A stretch of DNA of 64,000 bases. Origin: a virus (lineage: Duplodnaviria > Caudoviricetes). A program made the translations under genes and the position numbers. Below the pieces are notes generated by a model. The model was not told where the DNA came from and searched no databases. It was given only the letters and a program-made list of their open reading frames with translations. Location of the stretch: IMG/VR virus record IMGVR_UViG_3300009091_000015, positions 1,099-65,098 of that record. One strand, 5' to 3'. This document shows positions 17,971 to 30,200 of this stretch, in pieces; the first letter of the stretch is position 1; every line of letters begins with the position of its first letter.

Positions 17971-20175
17971 ATGTCGAGCAGCGCCAGGAAGTTCATCTAC
18001 CCTATCCCAACCAACGGGGTCATCCAGCATGAGCATCCTCGCCACGTTGGGCTCCAGGGGCTGGTGGACGGAGCAAACTGGCTCTACTCAGAGGGTGAGT
18101 TCCGCACTCGTAGCGGCGTTGGCATCATCGGCATGGAGGGGGTGGCTGGGATCAACCGTCTCACGGAAGGCTTGTCAGACGCAGAGCTGGCGGACTCAGA
18201 AGATGCCTGGCAGATATTGAGTGGAGTAGGAGGAGATCCGACAGTAAAATGCACTTCGAGCTATCACCGCTTCCATGACGCTGCCTTTCGGATTGATTGG
18301 CCGGATGTGCCAGATGGCGAGCCCCCATCTCTCGGGGGAGTCAGGACTTTCCTGTCTGAGATGCCGGTAGAAAGTAACACGACCTACAACTTCTCGTTCT
18401 ACTACTTGCCGACTGCACGCTTCATCTACGATACGTTTTGGCTTTACGAGTACGACGACACCCAGGCTTTTGTGAGGTCTACACAGATCAATGTCAATGT
18501 CGGCGCGTATGAGCCAGAAGAGATATTGCAGTTGTGGTTCAGGCAAGCCACCGTTATTACGACTGACTCCGATACGAGATACCTCAGCTTTTACATCATG
18601 CACGATTTTGACCAGCACGTCCTGTCTGAAGTCATAGATGGGCTTCAACTCAGTGAAGGCGCGGATCTCCTTGATTGGGAAATTGGGATTGGAGACATTG
18701 CTGGCTTAACGCTTGGCCATCGCCCGCTCGGATTCTACCAGCTCGACAAGTACAGTGAAAGCGGCGTTGATTCGAATGCGCTCTACCTGGCAACTGACAA
18801 GAGCTTCTTCGAGTTCAGCCAAGGGCAAGGGAATTTCTCTCACGTTGGGGATTGGCCTGAAACTTTAGATGCTGAGCCAGAGAATCTCGTGGTTTTCCGT
18901 GGCTATGACCTCGATGGTGTAACCCAAATTCTGGCTGTCAACGGACAGGATGGCTGTGGGCTCATGTACAAGGGGCCTGGCGGTAACTTCCAAAAGATGG
19001 AGACTGCCGACACTGGCTTTTGCTACCCAATGCGTGCGAAGGCGATGGCCGTCGCCGGGGATCGGGTGCTCCTCGGGAATGCCAGGATGTTCACTGTTGG
19101 GACTGGCGCTGGTCTCCGCTACTGGGACGGAGTCTACTACTCCGAATCGGTCCTGATGGGCGGGTTCAGTGGTGCAACGTCCTGGAGTGACGGCAGACTC
19201 ATCCGCCTAGCTGACACCCCTGGCGAGATCGTGGCGATGCAGGAGATGGGGGCGCTAATGGTCGCCGTCTACAAGACGGACGCCATCTACGTGCTCTCAA
19301 TCCAGTCCGGCCTCTTCCCGTTTCGCCCTGAGCTTCGCTCTGCTGGCGTCTCAGGCCCGGCTTCTCCGAAGGCAGTGACTGCGCTCAACGACAACCTGCA
19401 CGTCTACCTCGCCCGCAACTCTGGGCTCTACATCTTTGACGGCTCTGCTCCGCGCTCGCTCGGCAACCACATCCAGGACTTCCTCCGTAAGAAGATTGAC
19501 CTCAACAAGATTGAGCGCTCCTTCCTGTTCTTCGACAACCGGCGTGAGGAGCTGTGGGTTTTCTATCCAGACGTTGGGTCATCGGGGTCGATCTACAAAG
19601 CCATCATGATTTCCATGAGCCGAGAAGGCTTCCCAATGTGGCCGATGGACTGGGATCGAAACTACTTTGATTTCACGGCTGGCATCTCCGGGCTGGTTGA
19701 GCGAGACGTGACGTTGGGGCAGCTGGCGGGGAACACGCTCGGTGATATGGCCGGGTTTGAACTTGGGCAATTCGTGACAGCCGGGCCGTACATCATCCTG
19801 GGTGACAGCAGCGGCATGATCTACACCTTGCAGGCGCACGCCAATGACATGGGGCGCGGATTCCGCGCCTTCTTTCAGACAGGGACGACCGATCTCGACG
19901 AACCGGCCAAGTTAAAAACGATCATCGAGGAGCAGCATCTCGTTACCTCGCTCTCCTCTGATGTTTGTACGGTGACAATCGAGTCCGCAAGCCATGGCTC
20001 CAGGTTCGAGATGGGAACAGGCAAGAACTTCCAAGCGGCAAGCAGCGAGGGGCCGTACACCACTGAGCACCGCGTCACAGGCCGTGAGTTTTCCCACATC
20101 TTTGAGGTCCGGGCAAATGACAGAACGACCTACGCGGGATCTATTGCTGCATACCGGGTTCGTGGAGCGAGATAG
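17971..20175 (+). CDS. Tail nozzle/stabilisation protein with inserted carbohydrate-binding-like domain
   Basis: 734 aa; beta-propeller-like VAVYKTDAIY, GLYIFDG, ELWVFYP motifs; position after adaptor. Confidence 0.7.
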   Translation: MSSSARKFIYPIPTNGVIQHEHPRHVGLQGLVDGANWLYSEGEFRTRSGVGIIGMEGVAGINRLTEGLSDAELADSEDAWQILSGVGGDPTVKCTSSYHRFHDAAFRIDWPDVPDGEPPSLGGVRTFLSEMPVESNTTYNFSFYYLPTARFIYDTFWLYEYDDTQAFVRSTQINVNVGAYEPEEILQLWFRQATVITTDSDTRYLSFYIMHDFDQHVLSEVIDGLQLSEGADLLDWEIGIGDIAGLTLGHRPLGFYQLDKYSESGVDSNALYLATDKSFFEFSQGQGNFSHVGDWPETLDAEPENLVVFRGYDLDGVTQILAVNGQDGCGLMYKGPGGNFQKMETADTGFCYPMRAKAMAVAGDRVLLGNARMFTVGTGAGLRYWDGVYYSESVLMGGFSGATSWSDGRLIRLADTPGEIVAMQEMGALMVAVYKTDAIYVLSIQSGLFPFRPELRSAGVSGPASPKAVTALNDNLHVYLARNSGLYIFDGSAPRSLGNHIQDFLRKKIDLNKIERSFLFFDNRREELWVFYPDVGSSGSIYKAIMISMSREGFPMWPMDWDRNYFDFTAGISGLVERDVTLGQLAGNTLGDMAGFELGQFVTAGPYIILGDSSGMIYTLQAHANDMGRGFRAFFQTGTTDLDEPAKLKTIIEEQHLVTSLSSDVCTVTIESASHGSRFEMGTGKNFQAASSEGPYTTEHRVTGREFSHIFEVRANDRTTYAGSIAAYRVRGAR

Positions 20176-20183
20176 GAGGACAG

Positions 20184-20552
20184 ATGGCGAAATCTGTAAA
20201 CAACGACGTGCTGGACGGAGCGCTCAACATCGTGAAGAACAACTGCAACCTGATGACTGTCTGCAACGCGCAGCCAACCACCAGGACGGAGGCGGTCAGC
20301 ACCTATGCGCTGGCGGATGTCGCCATGGACAGTGCTGACTTCACCCTCGCGGACGGCGACTCCAGCGGGCGGAAGGTGACGGTCGCGGCGCAGACCGGGG
20401 TGACGGTTGACGTGAGTGGGACTGCCACGCACGTCGCGCTGGTGGACGGCACGCGCCTGCTTTACGTGACGACCTGCACATCACAGGCTTTGACGAGCGG
20501 CAACACTGTCGATTTTCCGGCTTGGAAGATCGAAATCGCTGACCCGAGCTAA
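20184..20552 (+). CDS. Small virion structural protein
   Basis: MAKSVNNDVLDGAL...SGRKVTVAAQ...GTATHVALVD...FPAWKIEIADP; AGGAGG SD. Confidence 0.75.
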   Translation: MAKSVNNDVLDGALNIVKNNCNLMTVCNAQPTTRTEAVSTYALADVAMDSADFTLADGDSSGRKVTVAAQTGVTVDVSGTATHVALVDGTRLLYVTTCTSQALTSGNTVDFPAWKIEIADPS

Positions 20553-20569
20553 CCGAGGAGGATACAGAG

Positions 20570-20959
20570 ATGGCTGATTTCACGAACGAATTGGAAGAGC
20601 GGGTACTCGACTGGGCGTTCACGACCGGCTCCCCCACGCGCCCGACCGCGTGGTGGGTGGCGCTGTTCACGACCACGCCGACTGCCGACGACGGCACGGG
20701 CGGCACGGAGTGCAGCAACGCTGGCTACGCTCGACAGAGCGTGACCTGGACCCGCACGAGCCAGACCATGAACCCGACCGCGACCGTGACCTTCGGGCCC
20801 GCCAGCGAGGCGTGGACGCAGGTCGTCGGCTTCGGCATCTACACCCTGGTCACTGGTGGTGTGCTGCTCGCCTTCGAGGCGCTGACCACCCCCAGGACGC
20901 TCGGCAACGGCGACTCGGCCCAGTTCGCGACGACTGATCTGTCGATCACCATCGACTAG
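20570..20959 (+). CDS. Small virion structural protein (gp80-like fibre-associated)
   Basis: WVALFT..P...GTEC..GYARQ...TFGPA...W...GG.LL...L...GD...F pattern. Confidence 0.75.
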   Translation: MADFTNELEERVLDWAFTTGSPTRPTAWWVALFTTTPTADDGTGGTECSNAGYARQSVTWTRTSQTMNPTATVTFGPASEAWTQVVGFGIYTLVTGGVLLAFEALTTPRTLGNGDSAQFATTDLSITID

Positions 20960-20967
20960 GCGGGGCC

Positions 20968-21204
20968 ATGGTCCCGCACCGTTGCCCGGTCTGTGACGGG
21001 TCTGGGCGCATTGCTGAGCCAGAGAGCACGGTTGGCTCCAGGCCATGCCATGCCTGCGGTGGGGGCGGCATCGTCTGGGAGCCTGACCGCTACCAGGCAT
21101 GCCGCTGCCCTCAGTGCCAGCCTCAGATCCCGTTCTGGAACGTACCGATCACACATGAACTGTGGGGGTGGTATACGACGACCTGGTCGCCGGATACCAC
21201 GTAG
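20968..21204 (+). CDS. Small CxxCxGxG zinc-finger protein
   Basis: CPVCDGSG and CHACGGGG; fills gap. Confidence 0.6.
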   Translation: MVPHRCPVCDGSGRIAEPESTVGSRPCHACGGGGIVWEPDRYQACRCPQCQPQIPFWNVPITHELWGWYTTTWSPDTT

Positions 21205-21212
21205 GGGCGTAG

Positions 21213-24200
21213 ATGGGCAGCTACAAGACAGTCGCCTACGGAGCGAACGGCGGGATCGGATACGCCAGCACCGGGACGACTGTCTCTGTACCCTACCCGA
21301 GCGGCATCGCCGCAGGGCAGATGCTCATCCTCCAGGTACTCCAGGCCACAGCGACTGACGACATCGCGACGCCTAGCGGCTGGACAAAGCTCGGATCGGA
21401 TTCAGAGGGCAGCGGGACGACCGGGGCGAATTCCGCGTGGTTCGCGAAGGTTGCGACCGGCTCCGAGAGCGGCAACCTGACGGTCAGCCGAGCGGCTGAT
21501 GTCGCCATCTACTTCTACGGCCTGATGTGGCGCACCGGCACGGGTCCGAAGCGCGACGCCACCTCGATTCAGACGACGACGCCGGTCAGCGGAACCTCGA
21601 CGAGCGCATCATCAGCTTCCATCACGCCCTCCACTGACTACTCCTACGTCGCAGTCCTCCTGAACCTCGAAGACAACACGTCCATCGCTCAGTTCACAGG
21701 CGGCAAGTACGTCGAGCAATTCGATGTCACCTCGAACCAGGGTGACGACGCCGGGTTTGCGATGGACGGGTATCAGCAAGCAGCGGCGGCGAACGAGCCA
21801 GCCCGCACGGCCACCATCGGCGGCACTGACTGCTGGATGACCATCACGATCTCCATCCCGGCAGCCTACACATGGGATCTGGCTGGGTCCATCGGAGCGA
21901 CCGCTTCCGTCACTGGGGACTTGAAGGTCAAGCGCAAGCTCGCAGGCACCATCGGGGCAACCTCCGCGCTCAGCGGCAACCTCAAGGGTTACTGGCCGCG
22001 CCTCGGGGACTGGCGATGGTACGCGGATGCGAGCCCCCCTTCCACGCCGCTTGCCGCTGAGAACACCCTCTACACGACGACCTCTCTCTCCACAATTCTG
22101 CGCCTGCGGCAGGAACTCGTCATCGAAGGCGGGAAGGGGACATCCACATCTGGGACCATCGACCTTGAATACTCCATCAACCAAACGGACTGGACCGCGC
22201 TCGGCGCGTCGGGTCACTGGAATTGGGCCAATGGCGCAGATACCGATCATTCCGGGCTCGAAGAGGCTCTTGTCGCGGATAGCCTCACAAGGTACGGCTC
22301 ATTTCATGAATCTAAGCTGGAGTACACAGACTACCCAAGTGACGGGGATGTAACCGAAGAAGACTTCTCTATCGTCCCAACCGCGAACGTCACCGCCAAC
22401 ACGACCTACTACTTCCGCATCGCCGGGTACTACGGGGCGACGCCAGTCCCCAAGGCGGCTTACGGGGCCGGAACATACCCGCAGGCGAAGTACAGCTCCG
22501 GGACGACGCACAGCCTGGCTGGGAGTGTTGCGGCACAGGCGGCGGTGACGGGGAACCTCAAGGTCATTCGAAAGCTCGCCGGTTCCATCGCGGCGCAGTC
22601 CGCTTTCGTAGCTGCCGAGGGTGGGAAGAACCTCTGGTCGAACGCGGACCTTGAGAGCGGGATCGACGACTGGAACGCAGTCCAGTCGGTCACGATCTCT
22701 CAGGATGGGACGGAGAAGTGGCAGGGCAGCTACGCCCTGCTCTGTACTCCGACGGGCAGTCGCGAGTGGCAGACGGCCAAGAGCGACAACAAGGCCGTCT
22801 CTCCATCGACCCAGTACACGCTAAGTGCCTACCTGTGGTCGCAAAACGCCGAAACCGGCTGGGTGCTGTCCGTCTACGACCAGGATGCTGGATGGCTTGG
22901 TCAGGCGCAGCCGGATACCAGCGCCGGGGCGTGGCTACGATTCCACATTCACTTCACGACCGCCAGCGACACGACGGCGATCTACTTGCACCTGTCGCGT
23001 GGGAGCACGGCCGATACCGGGCTGTGGCGAGTTGATGCGGTCCAGCTTGAACTCGGCGGGACCGAGACTGAGTGGGAGAACTACGGTTCCGGTGGTGGGC
23101 TGCAGATCATCCATGCCGTCTGGAGTCTGGCTGGCTCGGTAGCTGCGCAGGGAGCGGTAAGCGGGAATCTGAGGAAGGTCCACGCCCTCGCAGGGAGCAT
23201 CGCTGCTCAGTCTGCCGTCACTGGGAACCTGAGCGTCCATCAGCTTCGCCAGCAGTCGTTCCGGTGGCGCTACAACGATGGGACCGAAACGACTGCGACG
23301 TGGCGAGCAGCCGCCAACGCCAACATCTCCGCTCTCTACCCAACCGTACTGTACCGGCTCCGTTTCCTGATCCAGGAGTATGGTGGCGTAACAGGTCCAT
23401 CAGGAACTCAGAACTTCCGGGTTGCTTATCGCATCAACGCAGGGACGTGGACTGGGGTCACGTCCACATCCGGCGGCCCAGTCTTTTCGGTACGCCTCAG
23501 CGGTCTTGCCAGCGGCGGCAACACGACGCAGCAACTCGGTACCGGGACGTTCATCTCCAGCAACGACGGTCAACTCAGTGATTATGAGACCACGATGCAC
23601 TTCCCCGGCTCGTGGCCTGCTGGGCAAGAGACCGAGCTGGAGATCGCGTTTCTGCCGTACTACACAAATCTGACCGATGGGGACACCATCGAGTTCCGGG
23701 TCGAGCACGGGGACGGGACAGCGCTCGACAACTATGCCAACACTCCAAGCGTCACGGTTGAGAAGCCAGCTTACTCCAGGTTTACAATCCAGCATTTCCG
23801 CTTCCGCAACGATGACGGAGACGAGGATGCCGCCACCTGGAGATCTCCGCTGGACACTGGCGCGTCCTGCACGCTGAACACAAAGTACCGACTGCGGTTC
23901 GAGATCAAGGAGAACTACGGCCAGGCAGTTGGGGTTGATGAATATCCATACTTCGCCCTGCAGGGGAATGCGTTCCCTGGGGATTATTGGTTTGCAGTCG
24001 GTTCGGCCAACAACTATGTGAACTACGCCGACTCGGCATCGCTCACGAACGAGGAGGACACCACTCAGCAGCTTACCAGCGCGACGCCGTTTCTGACCGA
24101 CAACAACGGGATCAGCGAGGACGGCTGGGCTGGAATCCCCCCGACTGGCTGCGCCGCATCTTCGTTTACAGAAGTTGAGTTCGTGATCCAGCCGTCGTCC

Positions 24201-27200
24201 GTCGGCATGGTGGACGGCGGGTATGCTCGGTTATATCTGGGAACTGAAGGACAACCGGGGGATTCGTTTGGCGGGATTGTCAGACTCTACATCGGCAGCA
24301 TCGAGACCCTCCAGGGGACAATAGCGGCCCAAGTCTCCCTCGCTGGCGACCTCACCGTCGTCGAGGGCGGGACAACCTGGGATCTCGCCGGGAGCGTAGC
24401 AGCACAGGCGACGGTTGCTGGGGATGCCAAGGCTATTCGAGGACTCGCTGGTTCGATAGCGGCTCAGTCTGCCGTCACTGGCAATCTTGATCTCCTCCAC
24501 GCGACCTGGGATCTGGCCGGTAGTATCGCAGCGCAGGCAGCAGTCAGCGGCGACCTGAAGGTCACTCGCCGTCTATGGTCAACCGACTTGATTTTCCACG
24601 GTGGCCCTCCGAATCCAAGCGGATTCAAGGCGGGGGCTAACGGAAGAATCCGGTTTACATACACCCCGGAAGTGACGGCTGGGAAGCACGTCGATACGAG
24701 GTTCCGGCACGATGGGCTGTACTTCGTCCAGGTAGACACCGGCTGGGGAACCGCTGGGGTTTGGCTCAAGACCTACGACTCCGGCGGCTGGCACAACATC
24801 GACAGCGCGACCGGCGTGCTGACCGATGGTGTCCCCTGCACGATTGATGTCGTATTCTCTGGCAGCAGCGTAACAGGATACGTCGATGGCGTGGAGCAGG
24901 TCAGCGGTGTCATCACGCTCAACCTGGATCGGGACACCGCCGTTCTCTACGACGACCTCGTCACGGATGATATCGAGGCGTGGACCTACGGGGCCGGTGG
25001 TATCAAGGCTCAGGCGGCTATCAGCGGGAACCTTGAACTCGTTGAGGGGCTCTGGAGCCTGCAGGGCGCAGTCGCCGCGCAGTCCACGGTCAGTGGGGAT
25101 GCCAAGGTCACGAGGAAGCTCGCGGGGGCCGTCGCTGCTCAGTCTGCTCTCGCCGGAGACCTCGAAGTCCTCACTGGCGGGACCACCTGGGATCTCGCTG
25201 GCAGCATCTCCGCGCAGTCCGCTCTCACCGGCCAGTGCTACGTGCCTCACACCTACTACGTGGCGATGGGCGGCACGGCCGCGAACAAGGATGCAGCGAC
25301 CGGGCCTGAGACCGACCTGTCGAAGTGCATGTCGAACTACTACAACAACAACACGGCGACCTACGATCCGTTCGACACCGTGTTCGTCACTGGCTACGGC
25401 GGGACCATTGACTACCTCTCTTTCAAGGGAGGTACCTCCAGTGCGGCCCGCGTCACCTATCAAGGCAGCACGAACTACCCAGCCATCGTGGACGGGGCGC
25501 GGGTCACAACTGGGTGGACTCTCTACTCTGGGAACATCTGGCAGAAGACAGGGATCAACTGGCACCCGCAGCAGATCTGGATTGACGGTAACTACGGCGA
25601 CCGGAAAACCAGCATCGGCAACTGCGTGGATGAGTACGACTGGTACTACGACGCTGCCGCCGACACGATCTACCTCTACGCCCCAGCCGATCCCGACACC
25701 CAATACACAGACCCCGGCGTGGAAGTCCCTGAGATCTACCCACCGTCCGGCCCGGCGAGCTACGTCAACGTCAACAACATCACGGTGCGGCGTGGGACGC
25801 AGACCGGGTGCTTCGGTTGGAACGTCTCCCACATCAAATTCACAGGCTGCACCTTTGAGTGGTCCTGGGTGAACGGTGTCGGCATCCAAGGCGACGCCAG
25901 CACGCCGACAGAAGACATCGTTTTCGAGGACTGCATCGGCAGGTACAACGGATGTCAGGGGTTCGCCATCCCGTCCCTGCTGGTGCAGAGAGGAATTGTC
26001 TTCCGCCGATGCAAGGCTTACGAGAACGGTCGTTACCAGTACGCCGATCCGCGCTGGGACGACAACATGCTCTACAGCGGCGGCATCAAAATCTGGAACT
26101 ACGCAGAAGACTGCCTCATTGAGGATTGCGATGTCTACAGCAACGGTCCTTCCACGCTCGGGTCGAATTCTCTCTGGTTCGGACAGGGCATCTGGCTGGA
26201 TGGGGCAATCTCGTCCGCAGGCCACGAGAACATCGTGCGCCACAACAGGGTCTATGACAACCACGGTGTCGCGCTGTACTGCGAGCTGACGACCTACTCG
26301 ATCTGGCACAACAACCTCGCCTACGATAACGCCAAGGAGCCGGACACCGGCAACTGGTGCAACGCATCAATCCGATGCGATGCGAGAGAGAACCTGCAGT
26401 CAAGCCACAACAAGTTCTACAACAACACCCTCGTCGGCGGGCAGCACGGCATCGCGACGATGGTGACGGATACGACAGGCGAGGTGAGCTACAACGAATT
26501 CAAGAACAACATCATCATCGGGACCAACAGTGCAAAGATCAAGGCGACCAACGGTGGCGACAACATCACCTACGGCCACGACAATGTCTACAGCCACAAC
26601 TGCCTCGGAGCAGAGGCCACCGGGTTCGTCATCTGGACGACGGCCAAAGACACCTACGACGCCTGGGAAACCGCTTACGGCGGCAGCACCAACAGCATCG
26701 AAGCAGACCCGGAGTTGGAGGACGAAGAGAACGACAAGTATTGGCTCTCCGACACCTCCCCTTGCAAGAACGCTGGCACGAACCTTGGCGCTACCTATGA
26801 CGATGGCCTCCACTATCCATCTACCTGGCCAGATTCAGTCCTGACGCTCGACCAGGACGACTACGGCAGCGGATGGGAAGTCGGCGCATACGTCTATGTC
26901 GGGCAATTGGCCGGGACGGTTGCCGCCACCGCCGCCCTCGCTGGCAACCTGAAGATTGCCAGGAGTCTTGCGGGGTCCATCGCAGCGCAATCCGCCCTCT
27001 CCGGCCAGTGCTACGTCCCCAAGACGTACTACATGCGGGCGGACGGGACGGCGACAACCAAGGCTACCTCGACCGGGCCTGTGACCAGCGCCTCTGCCTG
27101 CATGGACCTCACCCATCACAACTCATACTCATTCGACCCGTTCGACACCATCGTTGTCTCTGACCGGGGCGGCGACTACCGCTGGGACGGCACCGGCTAC

Positions 27201-30200
27201 CTCTCGTCCATCATGGATATTTCATCGAGCGGTCATGCCGGAGGCGGCGAAATCCACTACGAAGCCGACGGGACACCGACGTTCCTTGGCTCCTACGACC
27301 TCACAACCGCAACCTACAAGTGGACAGCTTCCGGCAGCGGTACGAACGAATACTACTGCGAAGCGGCGGCTGGCGGAGATCCTGGTCTAGTTGAGGGCGA
27401 CTGCGTCTGGATGGACACCGTCCGCTTGACGGAGGGGACGCTCGGTTCTCTTGCCGACCACGAATGGGCCTGGGGTGACAACGATTCACTCGGGTACAGC
27501 ACGTTCTACATCCGTGACAACAGCGGCGACCCGGACACGAGCGGGGTCGCCATCGAGGCCACACAGCGAGGATGCGTCCACGCTTGGGGAATCAGCTATG
27601 TGGTAGTCGATGGTCTGACGGTCAAGTATGGGAACGGGCTGTCGTACGACGGTGGCATTCGATTCGACGAGACAAGCTACTGCACAATCCAGAACTGCGA
27701 GGCGCACCACAATCGCGGTCACGGAATCTCGCTCAAGGGCGATCACGGCGTTATTGACAACTGCCACGCTTCGTACAACGGGGCGCATAACATCGTCTCC
27801 GGTGGCAACGCGAACAACAATAACACCAACATGGAGATCAAGAATTGCATCGCGCACCACTCGTACACGATGCTATTCGTGCCACAGCCGTTCGACGGCT
27901 ACGGAATCAAGTTCCTGTACGTGGATGACAGTTCAATCCACAACAACACCATCTACGCCAACGCGGTCAATGGTATTGACCTCGATGGGGATGGTACGAA
28001 CCCTGGGTGCGGCAACAACGAAATCTATGAGAACGAAATCTACGAGAACGACATCATCGGCGTGATGATCGAGTTGAAGTCGAGCGGGAACAAGATTCAT
28101 CACAACCGAATCTACAATAACGGGAGCCTTAGCGAGTGGGGGCACTTCCAGACGTTGATTTGGGCAGCATCCATCAACAACGAGTTCTACGACAATGTCA
28201 TCTACAGGACGAGTGATTTCGCAGGAACAAATGCACTGCTTCAGATTGGCGACTACCAGGAGTCAGGGTGCACCGGGACGAAGATTTACAACAACACGAT
28301 GGACGGCGGCGGCTACTGCGCCAACGTCATCAAGGTAGATGGCGCGGCTGGTAACGCGACCGGCCTGAAGATCAAGAACAACATCCTAGTCGGATCGACC
28401 AGCACACCGATTGAAATCTACAGCACTGACTACACAGGATTCGAGTGTGACTACAACTGTTACGATCCACCAGCATCGTATGTCGTTGGCAGGAACTACA
28501 CGGGCTACACGAAGGCGACGCACTGCTCAGGGTTCAGCCAGGACTGCAACTCAATCGTTGACGATCCACTGTTCGAGGACGAAGCCAACCACGACTACTC
28601 GCTGACTGGCTCCTCTCCCTGCAAGAACGCTGGCACGAACCTTGGGTCCGATTACGACGATGGCCTCCACTACCCTTCGACCTGGCCGAGCAGCATTACA
28701 ACGCTCGACCAGGACAGCTATGGCTCCGCCTGGGAGGTCGGAGCGTATGTCTACGTTGGGCAACTCGCCGGAGCCATCGCCGCTCAATCCGCCCTGACGG
28801 GCAACCTGGAGATCAGCGAAGACCTCGTCCTCCAGGGTCAGATCGCTGCGCAGTCGAGCTTGACTGGTGCCATCAAGCTCACTCAGAAGCTCGCTGGCAC
28901 CATCGGGGCGCAGAGCAGCTTGGCTGGTGAGGCGAAGATTACGCGGCAACTGGCGGGTTCAGTTGCGGCGCAATCGGCGCTGACCGGGACGCTCAAGCTG
29001 CGGCAGAAACTGGCCGGTGCGGTTGCTGCCCAGTCGGCTCTGGCTGGCGAACTTGGTATCACGGAAGGAGTTTGGAATCTTGCCGGGACGGTCTCTCCCC
29101 TCTCCTCACTTAGTGGCGCACTGAAACTCCAGCAGCGACTCCAAGGGACCGTCTCGGCATTTTCTTCTTTCGTCGGCGACCTCCAGGTCCAGCACAAGAC
29201 ATGGGATCTGGGCGGAGAAATCTACGCCAGGACGCAACCCACTGGCGAACTCCGCGTCATCAAGCGGCTCTCCTGTGACAGGCTCGGGGCGTCCAGCTCA
29301 GTTGTCGGCAATCTGCAGCTGGTTCATGCGGTCTGGGGCCTTGCCGGAGAGGTTGGATCGAAGACCGTCGTCCAGGGTGGTATCTACGTCACGAGGAAGC
29401 TCGCCGGAGCACTCTCCGCGCAGAGTGCGCTGACTGGCAACCTCCAGTCCACAGAGGCAGCCTGGAGCCTGGCCGGGTCCGTCGCTGCGCAGTCCTCGCT
29501 TGTCGGCACCCTGGTCAACCTGAGCGACATCCCACAGCTCCTCCACCCGTACAACAGCTGGATCAACGTCTACAGCGAAAATGTCACACTGACCCAGATT
29601 CCGGCCTTGGTCGTCGCGAGCGGCTCCCACTACCACAGCGCAAGCAACGTCTATGTCCACCAGCAGCTTGTCGTTAGCAATGTCGCTCACACGCACACTG
29701 TCCAGAACGTCACATTCGTCCTGGCGAATCCGCTCTCAATTTGGGATGCTCTCCACGCCATCTCAAGCGAGGAGGTTGATCTCCTCAACTCGCTGATGAT
29801 CGCGAGCACGAGTCACTACCACTCCGCCCCTAACGTCAATATCCCATACGGCGCAGAGGCGAAGGGAAAGATGGGGCTTGGGGATGCGGTCTTCGCTCTC
29901 CAGGCCACGATGAAGCTCCCGCCATATCCAATGCGGGAGCAGGAGCTGCTCAAGTTCTGCCAGCAGCTCTACTGGCAGCTGCAGACCCACTACATCCCCC
30001 AAACCGACCGCATCGAGAACATGACGATGGTTGGTGTGGATGCGCAGCGCCCAGCCCCGGTTGGTCGGAGGCAGATGTTCTTCGCCACCGACACTTCCAC
30101 GCTCTACATCGACGTGAAGACGAGCGAGGATAGCGCTGAATGGTTTGCCATCGCAGCTGGCTCTGGCAGCAACGAAGTGCATAACGATACTGTCGATGCG

